Positions 19,529-26,774 of a DNA stretch of 64,000 nt are shown piece after piece. Below the pieces are notes generated by a model, which worked only from the letters and a program-made list of their open reading frames with translations, was not told the DNA's origin and did no database searches. The stretch's first letter is position 1. Each line of letters starts with the position of its first letter. Source of the stretch: a virus (Duplodnaviria; Caudoviricetes); IMG/VR virus record IMGVR_UViG_3300033120_000461, positions 9,283 through 73,282 of that record; one strand, written 5' to 3'. Made by a program: the position numbers and the translations under genes.

Positions 19529-20644
19529 TCACCCAAAGTTCCCTAGGGACAGCCTGTTCGTTCCAGGTAGCGCATAGGCTCCTGGGGCAGAGTAAACGAT
19601 GGAGATTGAGATCGGTTCGAAGCTGTAATTCCGAACAGTGATGTCTGCGAGATAGACCGTAGGGTCGGAGGGGGATTGACGCACGCCCACATTGTCAATC
19701 GAGTACAACCTCTCTTTTGGCGAGATTCTCTGGTACTTTGACTGCAAAGCCTGTTGATTCTGAAGGTTTTTGAGAGCTTCACGAATCGAAGTACGGATGC
19801 TCTCCTCTGTGGCAGGGTTCGACTTTGAGCCAATCAGACTCATGAGGCTTGCCCCGTACCACGAGTAGTAGATGTTGGACTTCAACTCTGTGAGGAGAAT
19901 CTTCAAGCATGACTGGTAGAGCAAATTCTCATTGTCAATGACAATGGACTGCCCCTCTGTGCCAAATCTGACGTCGTTCTCTACCTCTGTGCCTCTACAC
20001 CTGAGACACTGGTTCCACAACACCATGTAGGTTAAGGAGAAGTAGTAGTTGGACCGAATAGGGCGATCGAATCGAACGAAGTAGCCCTCTTCAAGACTCT
20101 CCTCTGCCCCCTGGTAGGAGATGTTGTAGAGGTTGAATGGTGGCACAACCTCTTGGCCACAAGCCCCTACTTGATTTAGGAACCCAATCCCTTCCTTCGC
20201 ATTCCCACTGATGTGAACCTGAGAGGAAGCCCCAAAGGCCAAGTTCTCAGTCAGATGAAGTACCCCGTCTGTCACCGTGGATAGCAGCCAAGGTCTCTCT
20301 GATGGATTCAGGACAGCCGAGTTGATGATTCCAGAGATCCTTTCCGCAGTCATGTACCCCACAGGGAGGTTCAACGATAGGGTTCGGGCCTGAGTTCGAA
20401 TCGTCAGGTCTGTAAGACCCGGAGACACCAAGTAAGGTTGAGCCTTGCTTGAAGTGAGTATCGCAGACGACTGGATTCCTTGAGATGGGCTGACTGTGAA
20501 CTTGTCATTCAACACCATCTGGAACAGACCCGTCCCAGAAATTGGCTTTTGAGTACGGAGTGTCATTCGGTCAGCTGAAAGCTGAGTGCGCTCTTCTCCG
20601 ATTACATGGGGGCAAGACCACCCGAGTTGAAAATCTTTGCTCAC
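19529..20644 (-). CDS. gp25/GPW-like baseplate protein with N-terminal extension
   Basis: C-terminal LYQSCLKILLTELKSNIYYSWYGASLMSLIG..IRTSIREAL pattern; directly upstream of baseplate J. Confidence 0.8.
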   Translation of the reverse strand: MSKDFQLGWSCPHVIGEERTQLSADRMTLRTQKPISGTGLFQMVLNDKFTVSPSQGIQSSAILTSSKAQPYLVSPGLTDLTIRTQARTLSLNLPVGYMTAERISGIINSAVLNPSERPWLLSTVTDGVLHLTENLAFGASSQVHISGNAKEGIGFLNQVGACGQEVVPPFNLYNISYQGAEESLEEGYFVRFDRPIRSNYYFSLTYMVLWNQCLRCRGTEVENDVRFGTEGQSIVIDNENLLYQSCLKILLTELKSNIYYSWYGASLMSLIGSKSNPATEESIRTSIREALKNLQNQQALQSKYQRISPKERLYSIDNVGVRQSPSDPTVYLADITVRNYSFEPISISIVYSAPGAYALPGTNRLSLGNFG

Positions 20645-20664
20645 GGTATCTCCTCAGGTTTGGT

Positions 20665-20670
20665 AATAGG
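20665..20670 (-). promoter_or_regulatory. CCTATT candidate late-promoter element
   Basis: About 21 nt upstream of the gp25-like gene. Confidence 0.3.
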
Positions 20671-20682
20671 GGAGGCACCGTA

Positions 20683-21552
20683 TCAGCCCAATCCAGTCCA
20701 CTTCTCCTCACCTGTCTCAGCATCTTCGAGCAGGACAGGATAGGGAGGTGTTGACACGCTGGCGCGAGGAAGAGAGAAGTCGTACTCCCCTGTGTCCCCG
20801 ATTGGATAGAACACGGCATCAATGCTGTTCACAACCGACGAGAGGTTGAAGGAGATCGCAAAGTCTTCCCCATACGGGATCCCAGATATCACCCCACCTA
20901 CCGCAGAGGGGAGGATCTCATCCCTCTCCAACATCAGCTGCTCTCTCAAGTCACACAGCTTGAGAATCCGAGCTTCGATGTCGTTACGCTTGGTGCGTAT
21001 CTCTTTGGAGATCCAGTGCCTCGCACTGTGTACCACTGGAGCCATCTCCGCCGCCTCTGAGACGTACGTGATGTTGTTCCCGAACTTTCTAGGCGGGTAT
21101 CTCCAGAGTGGGAGCCATCCCCCTGTGTACAAACCAGAGGTAATAGGATCCGCCGACCGTGGTGAAACGATGCCCCCATACGGTTCGGTGTCTCGAATCA
21201 CTGAAGTAGTTGACCCATCTTCGGACGTCTCCTCACCCACAATCTCAAAGGAATCTGGGTGGAGGAACATCGAGATGTCAAATGGGTTCCCGCCTTGAGC
21301 GATGTACGCCTGAAAGAGTCGTTCCAGGGACGTATTCTGAGCCACGTCAAGACCTATCCGACGTTCAGACATGGGAGAGTTCGGGTTGCTAGGGTCTGTA
21401 CGTTGGTACAGGACTCTGATTTCCCCAATCCGAATCAACTCCGCATTGATGGCCCGGATTCTCGCAAGAGTGTCTCTGCGTTCATTCAGTGCAAACTTCC
21501 GAAAAGCTTGCCATGCGCCTTGACGAAAGAATCCTTGGAAGTTGAAGCTCAT
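20683..21552 (-). CDS. hypothetical, probably virion-associated protein
   Basis: 289-aa clean ORF at the head of the baseplate block, preceded by the CCTATC motif. Confidence 0.7.
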   Translation of the reverse strand: MSFNFQGFFRQGAWQAFRKFALNERRDTLARIRAINAELIRIGEIRVLYQRTDPSNPNSPMSERRIGLDVAQNTSLERLFQAYIAQGGNPFDISMFLHPDSFEIVGEETSEDGSTTSVIRDTEPYGGIVSPRSADPITSGLYTGGWLPLWRYPPRKFGNNITYVSEAAEMAPVVHSARHWISKEIRTKRNDIEARILKLCDLREQLMLERDEILPSAVGGVISGIPYGEDFAISFNLSSVVNSIDAVFYPIGDTGEYDFSLPRASVSTPPYPVLLEDAETGEEKWTGLG

Positions 21553-21569
21553 AGACCTATGACCTTACC

Positions 21570-21588
21570 ACCTCACTCACCAGATAGG
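21570..21588 (-). promoter_or_regulatory. CCTATC candidate late-promoter element
   Basis: CCTATCTGGTGAGTGAGGT, with CCTATC about 31 nt upstream of ATG 21552; near-identical copy at 1280-1297. Confidence 0.45.
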
Positions 21589-21755
21589 AAAAAGTGACGC
21601 CTCTTGTATTGGAAGAGAGTCAATGACGATACTACATTGAATCTTGCCATTGACATCTCTACCTAGGTAGAGCGTCCTGAACCTCATGTCTGTTCTTGCA
21701 TTTTTTCGGTGTCTGAGCTTGAGGAGTTTGGACAAGAACACTCCATTTGGGGTGC

Positions 21756-22085
21756 TCAGAACTCGTCCCTGGATATGATTACAGCATCTCTATCCATTTC
21801 AATTTTCTCGACGAGCACAGCTGCATTGAGTGCAGATGAAAGGCTCTGACTAGATAGTTCTGAGTCTGGCCTGTGGCAAAAGGCCATCAGTTTTCGCTTG
21901 TTGCAGTCTTCTTCGAGCCGACTCAAGAACTCCTTGACAATATCTGTCTCCAAGTCGGACTCACTTTTCGCCTGCATGCAAATGCCAGACAAAGTGACAG
22001 AGCCGTTAGGGTGGATAGTGGCCGAGATGTTTGGGTCTCGCGCTGGACTCTTGGGGGTCACACGCATGTCAATCATGCGGATCAA
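21756..22085 (-). CDS. hypothetical protein, tandem paralog B
   Basis: RDPNISATIHPNGSVTLSGICMQA is nearly identical to the upstream gene. Confidence 0.75.
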   Translation of the reverse strand: MIRMIDMRVTPKSPARDPNISATIHPNGSVTLSGICMQAKSESDLETDIVKEFLSRLEEDCNKRKLMAFCHRPDSELSSQSLSSALNAAVLVEKIEMDRDAVIISRDEF

Positions 22086-22091
22086 GTCTTC

Positions 22092-22124
22092 TTTCTGTAG
22101 AGGTCATTTGCTCAACTTTCGAGT
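22092..22124. repeat. 33-bp direct repeat (duplication junction), copy A
   Basis: TTTCTGTAGAGGTCATTTGCTCAACTTTCGAGT identical to 22583-22615. Confidence 0.9.
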
Positions 22125-22133
22125 TCGTTCGCT

Positions 22134-22598
22134 TCAACCACCAATTGAATCAATGATGAACCCCAAAACAATTATGTCGGAATCCCTGTGCCTGCCAAAG
22201 GCTATCGTCCTGAACATGATGCCTGTTGGTTCGTTGGCTTGGCTACGGTGCTTGATGATTTCGGCCAGGGATTTCCCACACGGGGTGTCCAGAACGGTTC
22301 CGTGTGCGATTGCAGCGTCCCCATCCAGTTCGACCTGATCTATGAGCACAGCCGCGTTGGCCAGACGAATCTGATTGTATTCGAAGAAGACGTCATTCTT
22401 CAGGAATGCCAGTGACGTTCTTTCGCCAATCTTTTCTTGGATCTGACTCAGAAGTGTTGCGACGATTTCTTCCGTGAAGTCTCCCGCGCTGTTCGCCTGC
22501 ATGCAGATGCCAGACAACTTGATGGATCCATCTGGATGAATAGTGGCGGAGATGCTGCGATCTCGCACCGGATTCTTGGGAGTTTCTGTAGAGGTCAT
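22134..22598 (-). CDS. hypothetical protein, tandem paralog A
   Basis: RDRSISATIHPDGSIKLSGICMQA; ATG 22598 overlaps the phosphatase stop (ATGA). Confidence 0.8.
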   Translation of the reverse strand: MTSTETPKNPVRDRSISATIHPDGSIKLSGICMQANSAGDFTEEIVATLLSQIQEKIGERTSLAFLKNDVFFEYNQIRLANAAVLIDQVELDGDAAIAHGTVLDTPCGKSLAEIIKHRSQANEPTGIMFRTIAFGRHRDSDIIVLGFIIDSIGG

Positions 22599-22615
22599 TT
22601 GCTCAACTTTCGAGT
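22583..22615. repeat. 33-bp direct repeat (duplication junction), copy B
   Basis: Identical to 22092-22124, period 491 bp. Confidence 0.9.
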
Positions 22616-23047
22616 ACGCTTCAACCACCGAACAAAAGATTGGTTTCCCAGAGCATTCTTCCGTTTTGACTGGATGTCAGCAATCACTGAATCCGGGTCG
22701 CCACCTTGTTGGATCAGGTACTCAGCAACGACCATGCTGGACCTATTGAAACCCGCGTAGCAGGTCACAAGGCATGTGCACCCTCTGGCATGTGCTTCTG
22801 TCAGAAGAGCTACAGCCCGGAGGATCTCGGATCTCTGGTCCTTCACACTAGCCCAGTCCGCAGTGTCATCTAGCCTTGCATGAACAAGGCCTTCCACATG
22901 AGAGATCATCTCTTTATGGAATTGGGGTACCTCAAAGGCGACATTCAAGAGGAACGTGAAATCTGAGAGTCCCTTCTCTTTGTAGCTGTGGATACCTCCG
23001 ATTGCGAGTCGGGGTTGGATGTAGTCGAACAAGTACAAGGGCTCCAT
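22595..23047 (-). CDS. dual-specificity/PTP-like phosphatase
   Basis: CX5R P-loop VTCYAGFNRSSMVVAEYL; C-terminal IQSKR..ALGNQSF helix typical of DSPs. Confidence 0.88.
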   Translation of the reverse strand: MEPLYLFDYIQPRLAIGGIHSYKEKGLSDFTFLLNVAFEVPQFHKEMISHVEGLVHARLDDTADWASVKDQRSEILRAVALLTEAHARGCTCLVTCYAGFNRSSMVVAEYLIQQGGDPDSVIADIQSKRKNALGNQSFVRWLKRTRKLSK

Positions 23048-23054
23048 GTCCGTC

Positions 23055-23240
23055 TCAACTCAGGTGGGTTTGGCCAAGACTGACTTCGAGTCCAGTGATT
23101 CTCAAGTAAAGACCAAACGGGCCCTCCCACCTCTCGTACTCTCCCCAGAACCATGGTCTTTGAACCATGATGCAGCAGCTCCCATAGTCCACAGCTGACC
23201 AGGAATTCCATTTTGAGGGGCTTGTCCACTTCAATTTCAT
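23055..23240 (-). CDS. small Trp-rich hypothetical protein
   Basis: GTGA overlap with upstream gene; fills the gap in a coupled cluster. Confidence 0.5.
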   Translation of the reverse strand: MKLKWTSPSKWNSWSAVDYGSCCIMVQRPWFWGEYERWEGPFGLYLRITGLEVSLGQTHLS

Positions 23241-23611
23241 ACGAACTCAGACGGTAAGAGGTTTTGATTTAGACCGGGGGCTTCGAGGGCTTCTGGGAAG
23301 ACTCGTCGGAGGAGAGGCTCAAGGTAGCTGGAGTTTGAGCGGCAATTTTCGATCTCATCCAACGGGAAATCTTTAGGGAAAGTGACGATCCTCATTCCCA
23401 TATCTCGATTCGAAGGTTTTTTCACCCACGGATCGAGTTGTTCACGAGAGCCTACTCGCACAAGAGTGACTCCGCCATCCCAGATTTGGATGACAAATGA
23501 AATGTCATCCATCATTGCAAGGATACGTTTTCCATCAGGAGCCAACATTGATGGGGTTGTTGACTCAACGAGGTAGAAGCTTCCGTTGCGTAGTTCAATG
23601 AATGAGGACAT
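23237..23611 (-). CDS. hypothetical protein
   Basis: 124-aa ORF in a coupled cluster. Confidence 0.7.
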   Translation of the reverse strand: MSSFIELRNGSFYLVESTTPSMLAPDGKRILAMMDDISFVIQIWDGGVTLVRVGSREQLDPWVKKPSNRDMGMRIVTFPKDFPLDEIENCRSNSSYLEPLLRRVFPEALEAPGLNQNLLPSEFV

Positions 23612-23621
23612 GCACGCTCTG

Positions 23622-23780
23622 TTAGTTGTTTACCCATGCGTGGTATTGCACACGTGAGTAAAGACCGCGCACATAGCACCAACCACAGTAACCATTCGTC
23701 TTCCGAATGCCGCTACAGCCGTGAGCAGCATTTACGCACGAGCCGTAAACCTGCTTCTTCAACCTTGCAATGAGGGTCAC
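23622..23780 (-). CDS. 52-aa Cys/His-rich microprotein (not in ORF track)
   Basis: GTG overlapping the ARH stop (GTGA): MTLIARLKKQVYGSCVNAAHGCSGIRKTNGYCGWCYVRGLYSRVQYHAWVNN*. Confidence 0.6.
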   Translation of the reverse strand: MTLIARLKKQVYGSCVNAAHGCSGIRKTNGYCGWCYVRGLYSRVQYHAWVNN

Positions 23781-24691
23781 GTCTTCTCCCCTGCCCACTT
23801 AGATGTGCGAGTTCCTCTTTCTGGGATGAGGAAACCTTCACTGAGTTTGCGAAGGAACCTACTTCCGTAAGAGCCATTTTCAAGTGAGTGGTACAGATGT
23901 TCTGGGAAGACCCTAGGGTTTTTCATCCAGCTCAGTTCTTTGGACTGCATGCCTGCTCCATAGGCAATAGCTGCAACCGTGTCTGTGTCCCCGCCAAACT
24001 CCACACACAACTGGAGGAGGAGATTGGGTTCAGTGGCTCGCTTCAACACTGAGACAGCTGCCCGCACACACGCGATCCCGTCACAAGGCACACGTCCTGA
24101 CCAGTCTCCACACCAATCGTATCCTGAGATATGTTGACTCAAGAAGTAGGGGAGGTCTTTGTTGGGCCCCAGAGCGTAGTAGCAGTAGTGAAACATCAAG
24201 GCAGCCGCCGCAGCGCTGTCTCTGCCCTCTGGCGTGTCATGAGTGACTGATGCCTGGAGCATTGAGAACTCGACTACATCAAACACTGAAGCAAAGATCC
24301 CACCTGGCAAAGCTCGCATAGCGGCGCCTGATCTTGTGCTGTCTGGTTTGATCTCATCAAGGAACTGCTGACCAGTTTTCACACTGCACAGAAACTTGTA
24401 GAAACCCTTGGCGTATGTTTCTCGTGGGTCCCGCTCGAAACACCTTACAAAAGCATTGGCGATCTCAAGCTTTGTGATTGGTGTTCTTCCATTTGCTGCC
24501 TCATCCCTGTACCGCTGAACTACTTCAGCAATGGCGATAGACATTTGGGTGTCATCCGTGTACACCCCTTTATCCTTGTTCGATAGAGCATGGGGGCGGT
24601 AGTACAGGTCGTTGTTTTTTTGAATGAACTCGTCATCCTTAAACTCAAACCCTGCTCCATAGGCATCGGCTACAGCGATATCAAGTAACAT
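23777..24691 (-). CDS. ADP-ribosylglycohydrolase (DraG/ARH family)
   Basis: ADAYG, YTDDTQM, SGAAMRA and GGDTDTVAAIA motifs intact. Confidence 0.93.
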   Translation of the reverse strand: MLLDIAVADAYGAGFEFKDDEFIQKNNDLYYRPHALSNKDKGVYTDDTQMSIAIAEVVQRYRDEAANGRTPITKLEIANAFVRCFERDPRETYAKGFYKFLCSVKTGQQFLDEIKPDSTRSGAAMRALPGGIFASVFDVVEFSMLQASVTHDTPEGRDSAAAAALMFHYCYYALGPNKDLPYFLSQHISGYDWCGDWSGRVPCDGIACVRAAVSVLKRATEPNLLLQLCVEFGGDTDTVAAIAYGAGMQSKELSWMKNPRVFPEHLYHSLENGSYGSRFLRKLSEGFLIPERGTRTSKWAGEKT

Positions 24692-25547
24692 TGGGTTCTT
24701 TCATGGTGAGAGCCTTCCGCACTCTTTCTTCAGATTCTGGGGTTGGGAGATTCAAGATGGCATCCGAGACTCCGGACAGGAGGATAGTTCCAACTCTAGC
24801 CCCCAGGTCATAAGCGGCTTCAATCGAAACCCCCAAGCCATCTTCAGTTTGTGGTTCCACAAAGATGCCTCTTAGCTCCAGGAAGAACTGGATCCTCTTC
24901 GATTCACTGATGAGGTGTTCCGGGTTGTCTACAACGATCACCACATGTGGGAAATCAAAAACTCTCTCGTTTTTGGGTTTTGAAACCCCATCCCCTGAGT
25001 CCGTTGTATGGAATCCCAAACCTTGAAGCCAACCTACTGTTCGAGTGATTCCAGGATCAAGAGTGGATTCTTGGACTGGATCTCGGGGCTTTGGTGGGGC
25101 GTCCTTGTCAACGAATGGCCTCAACAGATTGTCTGTCCAGCCGTCCTCGTTGATAACACGTATTGTCGAACGATACTCCCACCCATTGCCTTGAAGAAGA
25201 TGGCCCCAAACCTCCTGACGGTTGTGCCACTCCTGCTCAGAGACATCTTCTGGGCCCTCTGTGTTGTTCCAATACGAAAAGTCTTCCAGGTAGGAAGGCA
25301 AACTCTCTTTTGAGACCCTGGCTCGTGCGTCTTTGGGGCCATAGGCCACCATGTACACGCTGCCTTTGTGAGGCCAGAAGTGAACCCCACACCCTCCGAT
25401 GTTCTCCCGCTCCCTACGTAGCTCTCCCATTGTAGCTGGAGCAAAACGCTCTGTGTACCCGCTGAACAACTCGGTTCTAAGCCAAGTCAGAGCGTCTTCA
25501 AAGTGGAGTATGTCGCATCGAAACCCGTTGTAAATCTTGGTGCTCAT
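24681..25547 (-). CDS. two-domain hypothetical protein
   Basis: N-terminal MSTKIYNGFR phage-type domain; C-terminal LDPGITRTVGWLQGLGFHTTDSGDG motif. Confidence 0.75.
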   Translation of the reverse strand: MSTKIYNGFRCDILHFEDALTWLRTELFSGYTERFAPATMGELRRERENIGGCGVHFWPHKGSVYMVAYGPKDARARVSKESLPSYLEDFSYWNNTEGPEDVSEQEWHNRQEVWGHLLQGNGWEYRSTIRVINEDGWTDNLLRPFVDKDAPPKPRDPVQESTLDPGITRTVGWLQGLGFHTTDSGDGVSKPKNERVFDFPHVVIVVDNPEHLISESKRIQFFLELRGIFVEPQTEDGLGVSIEAAYDLGARVGTILLSGVSDAILNLPTPESEERVRKALTMKEPNVT

Positions 25548-25553
25548 AGGTGC

Positions 25554-26057
25554 TCACGCATATTCGCCATACCCTCGAAGCGCCACAATGCAGTCTTGCT
25601 TCGTTTCCTCGATGATGCCCGCAGCTTTCTCTTCAACCTCTTTTGACGTGGCCCCATACGTTGTGACATGAAAGTGCGCATTGACGTGGACATCAAGTGC
25701 CCACTGCTCATCACCCCATCCATCAGCTTTCCTGTGCTTGAGTGAGATTGTACCACATTCGCTGCGCATGATGCTGGCATCGTCTGGTGTGGCTACAATG
25801 TCGTAGCCAAGGATTTTCAAAGTATTGGCGTTGATGGCCCGTAGTTCAGTGGTCTGTCCTCTTCGCCATGCCATGAACTCAGCAACAAGTTCCTTTGCGT
25901 CCTTTGAGGACATGCTCGGGTTTTCCATCAAAGCCTCCCGAACAAGTTCCGCTTCTCTTTGTGAGGTATTGCGCCCATCCTGTTTTTCATCCGAGACACC
26001 AAAAGTACCATCTGGGTGCAGGTAAGACTCGTCATCGTTGTCAAGCTTGCTGTTCAC
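25554..26057 (-). CDS. hypothetical protein
   Basis: 167-aa ORF, GGAGG SD. Confidence 0.7.
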   Translation of the reverse strand: MNSKLDNDDESYLHPDGTFGVSDEKQDGRNTSQREAELVREALMENPSMSSKDAKELVAEFMAWRRGQTTELRAINANTLKILGYDIVATPDDASIMRSECGTISLKHRKADGWGDEQWALDVHVNAHFHVTTYGATSKEVEEKAAGIIEETKQDCIVALRGYGEYA

Positions 26058-26084
26058 AGAGCCTCCACTTTCACGTAGTTCATC

Positions 26085-26531
26085 TCAGTCCTCCCTGACG
26101 TAAAGGTCAAAGTTCTTGTACTCACCTTCTCGGGAGTTCTCAACAAGCCCAAGAAAGACGGCTTTGACTTGGGTTGAGGGGAGGACCAAGGCAAAGAACG
26201 AGTCACACACAACTCCAGTCAAGAACATGATGTTGTTGGACTCAAGGTTTGTGGCCCGAATCAGATGCTGCTTGTACTGGCCATACCTGCCCTCAACGAT
26301 TCGAGCCCCCAGATACAGACCTTCCATAACCTCACCCACTTCAGGTTTCCAAGGCTTTGGGACTTCCAGCTTTCTCCAGGTCTTAGCTGGGGCATCTCTG
26401 GTCTCAGGGGTCTTGGAGACTGTGTCCTTCTCAGACACAGTCTCTCTCCACGAGCAACTGTTACAGGAGTATGTAGTATCTCCCGAGGACTTGAAAGAAG
26501 AGGTGCTGGATTCACACTGGGGGCATAGCAT
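26085..26531 (-). CDS. Zn ribbon + OB-fold single-stranded DNA-binding-like protein
   Basis: CPQC/CNSC, then WKPEVGEVMEGLY..G.YG...KAVFLG...YKNFDLYV typical of small phage SSB OB folds. Confidence 0.6.
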   Translation of the reverse strand: MLCPQCESSTSSFKSSGDTTYSCNSCSWRETVSEKDTVSKTPETRDAPAKTWRKLEVPKPWKPEVGEVMEGLYLGARIVEGRYGQYKQHLIRATNLESNNIMFLTGVVCDSFFALVLPSTQVKAVFLGLVENSREGEYKNFDLYVRED

Positions 26532-26597
26532 TCTTCCTCTTACGCTTTTTTGCGTTCCTTCAGCTTTTGATTTTAGAGTGGCGTTCGGAGGTTCCTA

Positions 26598-26774
26598 ATG
26601 AAGAAGCGTTCAACCCTTGAAGAAGTTGTCACCCTAGCCGTGAACTTTGGCACCCTAAACGCACAGACTCTGAGGTTCTCTGCAAACTACATCAGGGACC
26701 GAGACTCAGGATGCAACGAGAAGACTGATCAGATCCGTGATCAACGCAGGGACCCCGCCAGCCAAGACAACTAG
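26598..26774 (+). CDS. possible 58-aa microprotein
   Basis: GGAGG-6nt-ATG; MKKRSTLEEVVTLAVNFGTLNAQ...; 3' part overlaps the 880-aa gene antisense. Confidence 0.3.
   Translation: MKKRSTLEEVVTLAVNFGTLNAQTLRFSANYIRDRDSGCNEKTDQIRDQRRDPASQDN

Noticed and set aside
3211-20644. Bacterial eCIS/T6SS locus rather than phage
   Set aside because: Baseplate genes are scattered among dozens of small phage-type ORFs; no cellular housekeeping genes, Afp15-like ATPase or Tss membrane complex.
21650-21678. Sigma70 promoter from TTGACA
   Set aside because: No plausible -10 at 16-18 nt and no plus-strand gene downstream.
24513-24530. CGCTGA-ACTACT-TCAGCA as another hairpin-family copy
   Set aside because: Inside the ARH coding region; flanks and loop do not match the consensus.
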